This document shows positions 7,550-17,156 of a stretch of 64,000 nt of DNA, in pieces (the stretch's first letter is position 1; each line of letters opens with the position of its first letter). Source of the stretch: Spirochaetota bacterium (GTDB taxonomy: Bacteria; Spirochaetota; UBA4802; UBA5550); assembly GCA_050298055.1 (NCBI GenBank), contig JBNKTL010000016.1:1-64000 (forward strand), read 5' to 3'. The translations under genes were made by a program, and so were the position numbers. Under the pieces are notes generated by a model. It searched no databases. It was not told where the DNA came from and saw only the letters and a program-made list of their open reading frames with translations.

Positions 7550-10036
7550 TTAAAACTTTATCTCCACCCCGAAGTTGGGGATAAAGGAAAGTGCTCCCTC
7601 CTCTTCCTCTATCTTCGGATTATCCGATCCATAGGGCTGGTTGTAATACCAGTGCTGCTGGTTTTTCGGTTTATACCATATGCCATAAACATTAATAAAT
7701 TCGATATACCACTTAATATGACCCCAGGTCTTATAGCGCTGCCAGCTGAACCTGATATCAAGCCTGTGGTCTACCGGGAAATGCCTGCTGTTCACATTAT
7801 TACTGTACCGGGGTGCGTACCTGTCACCTGTTGCAAGAGTTTCAGGAGGGTAATTACCGTCTATTGGTGTATAGGGAAAAGATGTATAGAGCTGAAACCT
7901 GCTGCTTATTGAGAATTCCTCCCACTTGTATCCTGCTACAAGTTTAAGAGAGTGTCTCCTCTCGAAATCATTGTTTATCCATTTGTCGCCGTTGGGGTCG
8001 AACTTTTCACTTGTCTCCACCCATGTTGCCCCGGAATTTTCCCAGACATTACCGGTTATGCCGCTTTTGTATTTTGATTCATTGTATGTATAACTCAACC
8101 AGCCGAAATAATCGTACATTCCCTTGCCTCTTCTGTCCTTTCTGATAAGGATCTCAAAACCGTAACTCTTCAGCTCTCCGCTGTTCTGGCCCTCCACAAA
8201 ACCCTCCTCGGGATCAACATGCCCGTATGCCTCTGCAAGGTTGGAGAAATAGTTATAGAAGCTCTCTATGCTTAACGTGAAAAGACCGTAGACCTGCTCT
8301 ATACCGAAAACAGAGTGGAGCGCCCTCTCCGGCTCCAGGAGAGAACCGTAGGTGCTGTACTGGGGATTGTTTGTAAAGAAATAGGGGTTTGTCTGAAAAA
8401 AGGAGCTGTACCTTCCGCCGGCAAGGGAAAGTGTTGTGTCCGATTTAAACTCATAGCTTATCATCCCCCGTGGGTCCACGGTATATTCATCAGAACGCTT
8501 AAAGTAGTCGGCCCTGACACCCGGTACAAAGGTAAGCCCCCCGTAGGTGAACTTGTTTTCAAGATATCCCCCCGCCAGCTTATTGGTCGCCTTGAGGTCA
8601 ACGGGGATTGTTGTGATGGCATCATCATCGGAAAGATCTATTTCATTTCCCCCGGAGAGAAGAACAATTGATTTACCTTCGGCACTGAAATCATAGTATG
8701 TATAGGAGAGTTCTCCCCTGAGCTCGGCAATTTCACCGCCCCATTTGATTTTAAAAGACTCTTTAAAACCGTAGATATAGGGCTTTGAATCCATGTAATA
8801 GTCCTGTAACCAGGAAGCGGCATTAGGACCGGCATCAACATAACTATACTGGTTCAGGAGCGCGGCATATCCCATGACCCGGTTCTTAAATTTCCCATAG
8901 TCAATATTGTAATAGACACCGAAGTTGTTGAACATGGAATCTAACTTAAAGTTGAGATCTGACAGAAGCGGATCATCCCCTTTGTCGGGATCAAAATCCG
9001 CGGCATCGTCAAGGAGAAGCTTCCAGTAATCTGCGCTGCCGATAACAAGGAGTGTGAGAGAGTGGTTCTTATTCAGGTAATACTTTCCTTTAAACTGGTA
9101 ATCGTAATATTCGGGAAGCCAGGTAAGCTTTTCGTCAGTAAAAAGCTCATAGATGTAGGGGACCAGGAGACTGAGATACCCGTATCGTCCCGAAACTATT
9201 AAGTACCCGGCATTCTGCTCCTCAAGCTTATCATCAACGGCAACAGTCCTGGTTAAAGGCATTTTCACCAGTGCAGTGGCGGAGATAAGCCCTATATCGA
9301 TAATACCTCCAAACTCCTTGACCGTATCAAGGGTATTGATCTCGATTACAGCCGCAAGGGGGCCACCGTATTTTACGGGAAACGATGACGAAAAGAGGTC
9401 TATTTCACTCATGAGCTCATTTGCCACAACAGAGTGAAGGCCGCCAAAGTGCATGGGCTCGAATATAGGCATCCCGTCAATATAGTAACCGTTTCGTACG
9501 GGATCAACTCCCCTTATGACAAGCGGTCCGAAGAACCCGTCGGTTCTGTCAACTCCGGGAAGGGAAGTGAGCGCGTTTATTGAATCGCCCAGTGAGGCCG
9601 GGACCTCTTTCAGTTCCTCAGCTGTGAGCGTCCTCCGGGAGACCTTCTGGACGTCCCGTTCCCCCCTCACAGTGAGAGCGGCACCTCTGATGCTTGCGGG
9701 AGAGAGTGTGAAGTCCATGGTCATTGGACCGGTGATCTCAATTGATCTCTTCAACGTCTGAAGACCGGGTGATGTTACGTATATGGTATATTTTCCCGGT
9801 TTGGAGATTGTGACCTGGTAGAAGCCCTTTTCATCGCTTCTCCCCTTGGCCTTGTCCTCAAGGACCACAACCGTAGCAAAATCCACGGCTTTCTTTGTGA
9901 CTTTGCTATAGATTTTCCCGGAGAGAACGATTTTCTCCTGTGAATACAATCCGAAAGAAAAGGAAAATATAAAAATTATCAGAAGTTTTAATTTTAGCAG
10001 TTTGTTCATCAATATAACCCTATATACACAACTCAA
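7550..10036 (-). CDS. TonB-dependent receptor with N-terminal carboxypeptidase-like domain
   Basis: Signal peptide, plug motifs (SLPGV, IRG, YYIDG), beta-barrel pattern, C-terminal aromatic residue (GVEIKF); downstream of tonB/exbBD. Confidence 0.9.
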   Translation of the reverse strand: MSCVYRVILMNKLLKLKLLIIFIFSFSFGLYSQEKIVLSGKIYSKVTKKAVDFATVVVLEDKAKGRSDEKGFYQVTISKPGKYTIYVTSPGLQTLKRSIEITGPMTMDFTLSPASIRGAALTVRGERDVQKVSRRTLTAEELKEVPASLGDSINALTSLPGVDRTDGFFGPLVIRGVDPVRNGYYIDGMPIFEPMHFGGLHSVVANELMSEIDLFSSSFPVKYGGPLAAVIEINTLDTVKEFGGIIDIGLISATALVKMPLTRTVAVDDKLEEQNAGYLIVSGRYGYLSLLVPYIYELFTDEKLTWLPEYYDYQFKGKYYLNKNHSLTLLVIGSADYWKLLLDDAADFDPDKGDDPLLSDLNFKLDSMFNNFGVYYNIDYGKFKNRVMGYAALLNQYSYVDAGPNAASWLQDYYMDSKPYIYGFKESFKIKWGGEIAELRGELSYTYYDFSAEGKSIVLLSGGNEIDLSDDDAITTIPVDLKATNKLAGGYLENKFTYGGLTFVPGVRADYFKRSDEYTVDPRGMISYEFKSDTTLSLAGGRYSSFFQTNPYFFTNNPQYSTYGSLLEPERALHSVFGIEQVYGLFTLSIESFYNYFSNLAEAYGHVDPEEGFVEGQNSGELKSYGFEILIRKDRRGKGMYDYFGWLSYTYNESKYKSGITGNVWENSGATWVETSEKFDPNGDKWINNDFERRHSLKLVAGYKWEEFSISSRFQLYTSFPYTPIDGNYPPETLATGDRYAPRYSNNVNSRHFPVDHRLDIRFSWQRYKTWGHIKWYIEFINVYGIWYKPKNQQHWYYNQPYGSDNPKIEEEEGALSFIPNFGVEIKF

Positions 10037-10047
10037 TTTTACAGCTT

Positions 10048-10659
10048 CTATAGATCAAGTTTAAACCTCAACGGAATTTCCATCTTGATAGGGACCCTCT
10101 TCCCCTCTACTACCGGGGGTGAAAACTGTGCCCCCAGAAGTATCTTCACAGCATCCCGGGAGAAAGCCGCACTGATAATGCCGTATATATCCGGGGGTAA
10201 ACTCTTTGAGAGCCTTACGGCGACAACATTCACACTCATCACTTTCCCCTCAGCAGAGATAACGAGAACCGTATTTAATACGGCTTCAACACCCTTCTCC
10301 CTGGCTATTTTCGGATATATCCTCTTCAGTTTCCCCAGAGGCTTCGGCGGAACAATATTCGGATAAAAAGCGATGTCCACCGCATTGTCACTGAGGGAAG
10401 TTCCCATTGCCCTGTCCACAGTCTCTTCCGTTGTTGAATCCCCTTTTTCCGTGGAAATTGCCCTCTTCACCTTCCGCTTGGGTGCTGATATCTTGTCCAG
10501 GTTTATTAAATGTATCTGTGATTCAGATTCTTCATTTTCCACAAGTTCCACTGAAGGTGTATAGAAAAGTATAAAACCGACCATGAGCAGAGAAATTGCC
10601 AGAGAAACAAGGTAGGCGTATTTCTCTTCTTTAATCAGCAGTTCAGTATAACTTGTCAT
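10048..10659 (-). CDS. tonB: Energy transducer TonB
   Basis: N-terminal TM, YP..AR.KGVE, FSPP..EGKRV...IPLRFKL TonB C-terminal pattern. Confidence 0.8.
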   Translation of the reverse strand: MTSYTELLIKEEKYAYLVSLAISLLMVGFILFYTPSVELVENEESESQIHLINLDKISAPKRKVKRAISTEKGDSTTEETVDRAMGTSLSDNAVDIAFYPNIVPPKPLGKLKRIYPKIAREKGVEAVLNTVLVISAEGKVMSVNVVAVRLSKSLPPDIYGIISAAFSRDAVKILLGAQFSPPVVEGKRVPIKMEIPLRFKLDL

Positions 10660-10664
10660 ATCAC

Positions 10665-11075
10665 CTACTCTCCCTCTTCCCGCGGCTGGGACATAAAAAC
10701 AATATTCAGAAACTCCTTTTCCTGGAGTATATTCAGGACTTCACCCACAATCCTGTAGTCCAGGTTCTTGTCTGCGGTTATAGCCACCGGCCTGTCAATT
10801 TCACCGCCTCTCATGGCAAGTTGATCACTGAGATAGTCCAGGGATGTGGGATGTCCTTCAAAGTAAATCCTTCCGTCCCTTCCAATTGATATATAGAGGC
10901 TGTCCTGTTCTGCCCCGGTTGTTACCGCTTTGGGAACATCAACCTCAACTCCTTTGGGTGGTTCAGTGGTTGTGGTAGCCATAAAGAAAACAAGGAGGAG
11001 CAGGGCCATATCCGCCATGGCAGAACCGAGAGACACCATCTTAAGTTTTTTCATAAAGGACCTGTTATTTTTCAT
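10665..11075 (-). CDS. exbD: Biopolymer transporter ExbD
   Basis: MADMALLLLVFFM, VDVP.A, ITADK. Confidence 0.88.
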   Translation of the reverse strand: MKNNRSFMKKLKMVSLGSAMADMALLLLVFFMATTTTEPPKGVEVDVPKAVTTGAEQDSLYISIGRDGRIYFEGHPTSLDYLSDQLAMRGGEIDRPVAITADKNLDYRIVGEVLNILQEKEFLNIVFMSQPREEGE

Positions 11076-11512
11076 TCTCCTTCTCCCGCAACGCTCTTTA
11101 ACGAGACGTCCTTTATTTTCGTCTCTTTTAAAAGACTCAGGGTATCAACCAGCCTGTCATACTTCACGCCTGACCGCATATTCACAACCGCTATGATTCT
11201 GTTTTTGGACATCTTGTCGTATTTCAGCTTCTCAAAGAGTTCCTCTCTGCTCATATTGACCCCGTCAACATTAAAGGAGATGTTGTTGGGATAGATATTG
11301 ACAAGCTGCTCCTTTTCGATCTTTTCAGATGCCGCATTCTTTGGGGGAAGCGAGAGAAGGATCCCCTGCCTCAGTATAAAAGAACTGGTTACGATAAAGA
11401 AGATGAGAAGAAGAAATGCAAGGTCTCCCACAGAGGATGAATCAAATTCATTAATTTTTGATTCTCTCTTTCTTCTCTCTCTTCTTGTGTAGTAATAATA
11501 TAGCTTTTTCAT
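11072..11512 (-). CDS. exbD: Biopolymer transporter ExbD (second copy)
   Basis: DLAFLLLIFFIVT, LSLP, VKY..LVD. Confidence 0.85.
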   Translation of the reverse strand: MKKLYYYYTRRERRKRESKINEFDSSSVGDLAFLLLIFFIVTSSFILRQGILLSLPPKNAASEKIEKEQLVNIYPNNISFNVDGVNMSREELFEKLKYDKMSKNRIIAVVNMRSGVKYDRLVDTLSLLKETKIKDVSLKSVAGEGE

Positions 11513-11547
11513 GGGTTTTCCACAGTATGTTCCTCAAATAAAATGAC

Positions 11548-12354
11548 TTACCAGAGTTCATCTTCTGCTGACGCGTTCGACTTTGCCATCATGCTGGGAA
11601 GCTTGGATGTTTTTTCATAGATCATTTCATCTGCATGCTTATAAACATTCTGAATGATGTGGTTAAATATATGAAAGCAGGCAAGGATTGGTGCGGCAAT
11701 GAGAAGACCGCCGGCTGTGGTCACAAGGGCGATCTGAATACCCACTGCCACAACCTTTGCGTTTACCGTAGTAGCTGCTGCAATGGATGCAAATGCGCTG
11801 ATCATTCCGATAACTGTTCCCAGGAAACCGAATATGGGAGCGATGTTTCCAATACCGTTAAGAAGCGCCAGACCTTTTTCAGCGCTGTTGATATATATCT
11901 GAAAGGCTTCCCGGAGTTCGTCATCGAGCTGTTCCCTGAACCTCGATTTTGATTCACCGGCAAACCGGGCAAGGTACTCTTCAAGTTCTGATTTTTTCCA
12001 AATACCGGACCTTACGTAGAAAATTATTCTCTCCACAATAATTGTCAGACCAAATATCCCAAGAAGGATAAGGAATATCATCAGGGGACCTCCCTGTTTA
12101 ACCGTCGAAAAGAGATTTTCACCTTCAGCTTCAGATTCTTCCTTTAGATCCTTCACTTTTTCTGAATTTGTCTTTTCCGTATTTGATTTTTCTAATTCTG
12201 TCTTTTCAGAATGATTTTTTTCAATATTATTCTCCACCTGTTGTTGTGGATTCAGGTTCGGGTTTTTGTCACCATCAGCACCCAGAGAAGGAAATTGGGA
12301 AATTGAGATTACAATTGCCAGAATGGCTGTTTTCATGAGAAATGAGCGGATCAT
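11548..12354 (-). CDS. exbB: MotA/TolQ/ExbB proton channel protein
   Basis: GGPLM, IAPIFGFLGTVIGMI, ALVTTAGGL. Confidence 0.9.
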   Translation of the reverse strand: MIRSFLMKTAILAIVISISQFPSLGADGDKNPNLNPQQQVENNIEKNHSEKTELEKSNTEKTNSEKVKDLKEESEAEGENLFSTVKQGGPLMIFLILLGIFGLTIIVERIIFYVRSGIWKKSELEEYLARFAGESKSRFREQLDDELREAFQIYINSAEKGLALLNGIGNIAPIFGFLGTVIGMISAFASIAAATTVNAKVVAVGIQIALVTTAGGLLIAAPILACFHIFNHIIQNVYKHADEMIYEKTSKLPSMMAKSNASAEDELW

Positions 12355-12599
12355 TTTAATACTCCTGGTTATTTAATATATTTAAATCTGAATTGTATTA
12401 TATATTGAAACAATCCAGATGTAATAAACTGGTACATTTTTTTTACACATTACTCGATTTTCGACAAATTATTACCTCCCTGTCCTGAATGTCAAAAAAA
12501 ATTTTTTTCTTTCCATATTCTATTTAAGAATTTCAGAAGTATGCGTTATTGTTTTTTTCTTGATATATCATTATCCTTATGAAAATTGTAGTTAAAAAA

Positions 12600-12738
12600 G
12601 CAACTACTCAGCTATATGACAAAAAAATAATATTTGCCAAAGATAACAACAATATGTCCCTGCCGCCTTCGACGGCGGGAACATATCAGTTATGTTTTTA
12701 TTGAATATGATGATTTTTACACATAGCTGAGTAATTAG
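12600..12738. repeat. Palindromic element family A
   Basis: Ends GCAACTACTCAGCTAT / ATAGCTGAGTAATTA; central ATATGTCCCTGCCGCC-TTCG-ACGGCGGGAACATAT. Confidence 0.9.
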
Positions 12739-12761
12739 AAAAAAAATATCAGAAGGAGGCC

Positions 12762-13961
12762 GTGGCTTTGAACGGAAAATTAAAACTCATTACAATTATT
12801 GTCATTATAATTGGATTGCAGAGAGGGATATCTGCCTCTGAAAAGAGAGAATACTCTTTTATCGCTGCCGGAGGTGCAGACAGACCTGTGAGCGAGGGGA
12901 CCAACAAGACATCACCAATAATTTATGCAAGCTTCTGGCAATATCTCGATGATTCAAAAAACCTCTACTGGGAAACCGGTGCTACAACAGTTACCGTTTT
13001 TATGAAATTCGGGAGAGAGAGCAATACCTATAATGCCGGGATCATGCCCATGTGGGCGCACTCTGTCTATGGAGCATATTCCGATTACTATAAAGGATAT
13101 TCCGATTCAAAAAACGAAATAAAGGGATTTTATGCGGGGCCTCTCTTCTACTTCAGGTATCACTGGACAGATATTTTTTCTACGGAAATCAAGTATATTC
13201 CCGATTACCACTATTATTCCGGAGAGGATGACAATCCGAATATGGAGATACCCGATTCTCACTATGAACACACGGCAAGCATAGAACTCCTTCTGAAAAA
13301 TACCACTGAAAAGAACTTCGGTATTATCAAGCATGGAGTCATGGCACGGTTCATGTACCAGTATACCAACCGGACCGATTACAGTTTCCAGGACAGGACC
13401 CTCCCTGACGGGACAGTGCCGGAACTCTCCGATGACCCGGTAACACAGAGGTATTACCTTGACCTGGGCGCATATTATAATATTCCCGGTGATTATAACC
13501 TGAAACTTGATTTCCTCGGCTCATACCAGGAGAATGTTGACAGGAACAATGCGGAAAAGATCGGTTACCTCCAGGCTGACCATGCGATCATTCCCGGGTA
13601 CTTCTATACTGAATTCTACCATCATATGTATGCTATCGGGAAAGCATCCTTTGGAATTCCGGTCCCCTTCTGGCAGATGCGGATAGAACCCGCTTTCAAT
13701 TGTCTCTACATGCCGGAGGATAACAAGGTCATAGGCGCTCCCGATTATTCACGGAAATACTGGAGAAGTGTTTCCCTCTCCCTGACCATGCACATAGCCG
13801 ATCTCATCCCCTTCTTCCTGGATTATGGATACGGTATCGATGCGGAGAGGAGAAACAAGTCATACGGTGACACGAAAAAGGGAAATCATGAACTGAGTGC
13901 ATTTGTCGTTGTTGCTTTCGGAAAAATTGATTATTCAGGTGATGAGAAAAAACAGGAGTAA
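12762..13961 (+). CDS. Hypothetical exported protein, probable outer-membrane beta-barrel
   Basis: GTG start with GAAGGAGG RBS; signal peptide; Tyr/Phe/Gly-rich alternating pattern. Confidence 0.6.
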   Translation: MALNGKLKLITIIVIIIGLQRGISASEKREYSFIAAGGADRPVSEGTNKTSPIIYASFWQYLDDSKNLYWETGATTVTVFMKFGRESNTYNAGIMPMWAHSVYGAYSDYYKGYSDSKNEIKGFYAGPLFYFRYHWTDIFSTEIKYIPDYHYYSGEDDNPNMEIPDSHYEHTASIELLLKNTTEKNFGIIKHGVMARFMYQYTNRTDYSFQDRTLPDGTVPELSDDPVTQRYYLDLGAYYNIPGDYNLKLDFLGSYQENVDRNNAEKIGYLQADHAIIPGYFYTEFYHHMYAIGKASFGIPVPFWQMRIEPAFNCLYMPEDNKVIGAPDYSRKYWRSVSLSLTMHIADLIPFFLDYGYGIDAERRNKSYGDTKKGNHELSAFVVVAFGKIDYSGDEKKQE

Positions 13962-13991
13962 GGATAACTTCAAGCGGGGTACCCATATTAT

Positions 13992-15515
13992 TTAAACCGA
14001 TCCAATCACCTCCGGGATATAACCGATCAGATCGGTAGCTTTGAGGATATCCGCAGCATTCCGGGAGCAGTGGAGGTCTGCCGCTGCTCCATGGATATAT
14101 GTTCCCAGGCATAATGCAGTTAGTGTGTCCTCCCTGAGCATGATGGCACCGGTAATTCCGGAGAGGACATCTCCTGTTCCTCCTGTTGCGAGTGAAGGGT
14201 TACCGGTGGTATTGATGAATGTGAAATTCCCGTCGGACACAATGGAGGCAGGGCCTTTGAGAATTACTGCTGCACCGGTTTTTTTGGCCAATTCCTCTGC
14301 TGCTTTTACCCTGTTACTCTTTATTGTTCCCACATCTGCCTTTATAAGCCTTGAGGCTTCACCAAAATGAGGAGTGATCAGAAACTTCACCTGGCCAGGA
14401 AGTCTGTTTTTCTCAAGGTATGATGCGAGGTGGAAAAGACCGTCACCATCCACAAGGACTTTTTTTATTCCGGTATCCGGAAGAAGCTTCATGATGTCGA
14501 AAAAAGTTTTTGATGCAATCTCAGCCCTCCCCATTCCGGGACCGATCACAATTCCATCATATCTTCTCTCTTCCAGAAGCCTCTTAAGCTCATCTATTTC
14601 TCCTTCTTCGCCCAGTGACCTGGTCATGAGCTCCGGAATTTTACCGGCAATGATCTTCCGCCCGCCCATCGTTGTAATAAGGCTGATAAGGCCTATACCG
14701 GTTTCCAGTGCGGCAGCAGCTGTCATCATTATGGCACCCTCAAAGCCGGGGAATCCCCCCACAAGAAGAAGGTGTCCCCTCTCTCCTTTGTGAAGATCCG
14801 GAGTATTTGTCAAGGGCAAAAAGCTTTTAACATAATGCTCGTCGATAAGTTCTCTTTTAATGCTTTCCGAGTCGGTGAGGTCGGCAGGAAAACCGATATC
14901 AGCAACCTGAACATGTCCTGCATACTCTTTTCCCGGATAGGCAACAAGGGACACTTTAGGAAGACCAATTGTGACCGTATAATCAGCCCTTACAGCATTG
15001 CCTTCCGGGGCGCCCCCGTCAGAGGGAAGGCCGCTGGGCATGTCAACGGCAACAACTCTGGCAGATGAATTATTTATGGCCTCAATAATAATGTTGAGCC
15101 CCCCCCGGGGTACGCCCCGAAAACCTGTTCCGGTCAATGAATCGACAACAATGCTGTCATCATTAATGGTAATTGTTTCGGGATTGTCATCAACATATCT
15201 TATTTCAAGTCCTGAGTTGAGACAGAGATTATAGTATATCTCTGTGGAATGGGTAAAAGCACCCGGTTTTCCCGTGGTATAAATTATTACCTTGATACCT
15301 GCATTGTTGAGGAAGTGAGCAGCAACAAAACCATCACCGCCATTATTTCCCGAACCGGCAAAAACCACTGCATGATCAGGGATGGGGATATGATCAAGGA
15401 TATACCGGCTGACAGAATACCCTGCCAGGTACATGAGAACTTCGCCGGGGATACCCCTTTCCTCAATTGTCACCCTGTCAATTTCCTTCATCTGTGAGGC
15501 TGTTGCAATCTTCAA
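13992..15515 (-). CDS. nnr: Bifunctional NAD(P)H-hydrate epimerase/dehydratase
   Basis: GSGNNGGDG, VD.PSG, HKG.RG, GPGMG, TPHFGE, LATGGTGDVLSG. Confidence 0.95.
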   Translation of the reverse strand: MKIATASQMKEIDRVTIEERGIPGEVLMYLAGYSVSRYILDHIPIPDHAVVFAGSGNNGGDGFVAAHFLNNAGIKVIIYTTGKPGAFTHSTEIYYNLCLNSGLEIRYVDDNPETITINDDSIVVDSLTGTGFRGVPRGGLNIIIEAINNSSARVVAVDMPSGLPSDGGAPEGNAVRADYTVTIGLPKVSLVAYPGKEYAGHVQVADIGFPADLTDSESIKRELIDEHYVKSFLPLTNTPDLHKGERGHLLLVGGFPGFEGAIMMTAAAALETGIGLISLITTMGGRKIIAGKIPELMTRSLGEEGEIDELKRLLEERRYDGIVIGPGMGRAEIASKTFFDIMKLLPDTGIKKVLVDGDGLFHLASYLEKNRLPGQVKFLITPHFGEASRLIKADVGTIKSNRVKAAEELAKKTGAAVILKGPASIVSDGNFTFINTTGNPSLATGGTGDVLSGITGAIMLREDTLTALCLGTYIHGAAADLHCSRNAADILKATDLIGYIPEVIGSV

Positions 15516-15519
15516 GCTG

Positions 15520-16596
15520 CTACTCCCATTCGAATATCTTTATTCCTTTTTTCATTACATGATATGAGTAGATTCCTCCCGTGTCATCGGAAATAATTTT
15601 CATATAGTATTTTTTGCTCTGGTTAATATCAAGAACGATGTTGTTGATAACATTTCCTTCCATATTACATATCATAAATCTGATCTCCTTCCCTTCCATG
15701 TCCCAGAAATAGATATGCTTATCATCAAAAATATTAAAAAGGACATTTTTCGGATCGGGAATATTAACAATCATTCGGCTGATATTTTTTTTGCTTATTG
15801 AATATTCGTAGATTTTCCTGTACTTCAGCCGTATGCCGTGATAATATGCAACCGAGAGGAGAAGTTTTTCGCCGTCTTTGAACATTTTAATATTTTCAAT
15901 CTTTCCTCCATACTCATCGTTTCCTTCCTTTTCTTTGAATTCGATTTTACTGAGATCTGCATAAAAGTCCCTCTTCCCGTTTTCAAATCTAAAAAGTGTC
16001 CATGAGTTGAATGATCTTGATATTACAAAAAGCCGTCCTCTTTCATCAATTTCGAGCTTTTCAATGTAATAGAACGGAATATCAGGTGTACCCTCCTGTC
16101 CAATTGTATACTGGAGCTTTCCCTCCTCATTAAAAACAAGAATATATGAAGGGGAGAAGTTTATATCCTCATCAGCTCCGTTGCTATTTTTTTTTGTAAA
16201 TTTACTTACCCTGGTCTGGAACCTGTTTTGCACATAGATATTATCATCTTTATCCATTGTAAAAGTACCGATAATATTAAAATTAAAATATGCCAGATTA
16301 ATATTCTTCTCATCAATATCCTTTACCTGTCCAATGATGAGTTTCACGTTACCTCCCGGTTCTATGACCTGGACTCTCTTCAGGTTATTATCAGCAGTAC
16401 AGATATTACCGTTATATATACCGAGTTTAAATGAAAGATTTTCAAGGGCATATTCATCGGTGTTAATCTTAATGCTGCCAATTTTTTCTCCATTTTTTAT
16501 AAAGGAAAATTCTTTATTTTTAAGCGAACTCACCCTCCATTGTCTGCAGGAAAGCATCATTACCGTAAAGAGTGATATTACCAGAAATTTTCTCAT
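15520..16596 (-). CDS. Conserved spirochaete-type lipoprotein, beta-propeller/NHL-like
   Basis: Lipobox MMLSC; IGQEG..D.PFYYIE segment; sits directly upstream of nnr. Confidence 0.6.
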   Translation of the reverse strand: MRKFLVISLFTVMMLSCRQWRVSSLKNKEFSFIKNGEKIGSIKINTDEYALENLSFKLGIYNGNICTADNNLKRVQVIEPGGNVKLIIGQVKDIDEKNINLAYFNFNIIGTFTMDKDDNIYVQNRFQTRVSKFTKKNSNGADEDINFSPSYILVFNEEGKLQYTIGQEGTPDIPFYYIEKLEIDERGRLFVISRSFNSWTLFRFENGKRDFYADLSKIEFKEKEGNDEYGGKIENIKMFKDGEKLLLSVAYYHGIRLKYRKIYEYSISKKNISRMIVNIPDPKNVLFNIFDDKHIYFWDMEGKEIRFMICNMEGNVINNIVLDINQSKKYYMKIISDDTGGIYSYHVMKKGIKIFEWE

Positions 16597-16628
16597 AATT
16601 ATCTATCCTGAAAATATTAAGTATTATC

Positions 16629-16752
16629 GTAACTATTCAACTCTGTGGCCAAAATAAGCCTATTTACCGGAATATTAACAATATGTCCCGGCCGCGATCA
16701 TCGGCAGGGAAATATCAGCTATGCTTTTTTACGAATGTTGCTCAATAGTTAC
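16629..16752. repeat. Palindromic element family A (degenerate)
   Basis: Ends GTAACTATTCAAC / CTCAATAGTTAC; AACAATATGTCCCGGCCG...TCGGCAGGGAAATATCAG core. Confidence 0.8.
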
Positions 16753-16840
16753 ATGTTATTTAAATGTGATTGTGCAATTATTTAATCAACTTATTTTTTA
16801 TTTCTTGATAAAATTTCAATAATAAAATAATTATCCCACT

Positions 16841-17017
16841 ATGGATATAAAAATAAACTCGATGGGCAGCGGTGCCTGCCCGCTCTGCAAATTAAATAAC
16901 AACTGCCTTATTCATGCATCTATAAGAAAATCTCTCTCGGATATCAATGAACCTGATGATGAATGGCTGGATCTCTGTATTTACGGGTGTCCCCGTTTTG
17001 AGGAAATAAATACCTGA
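16841..17017 (+). CDS. Small Cys-rich protein (58 aa), possibly metal-binding; not in ORF track
   Basis: Manual translation MDIKINSMGSGACPLCKLNNNCLIHASIRKSLSDINEPDDEWLDLCIYGCPRFEEINT; CPxC-x5-C...C-x3-CP. Confidence 0.65.
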   Translation: MDIKINSMGSGACPLCKLNNNCLIHASIRKSLSDINEPDDEWLDLCIYGCPRFEEINT

Positions 17018-17156
17018 TTGACCAGGAACGTTCCTGGAAGTTTTTAGCGACTGTCTGTACCGGTCAGTGGAATTTTTAAAATACATGAATTCTTATTGAC
17101 TTCAGAGTAATCCTTCCGGATATTAATAATATCTCATAATACTAGTATCACTTTTT

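Noticed and set aside
16892..17086. 64-aa minus-strand track ORF
   Set aside because: Overlaps the more convincing plus-strand Cys-rich 58-aa ORF; no motif
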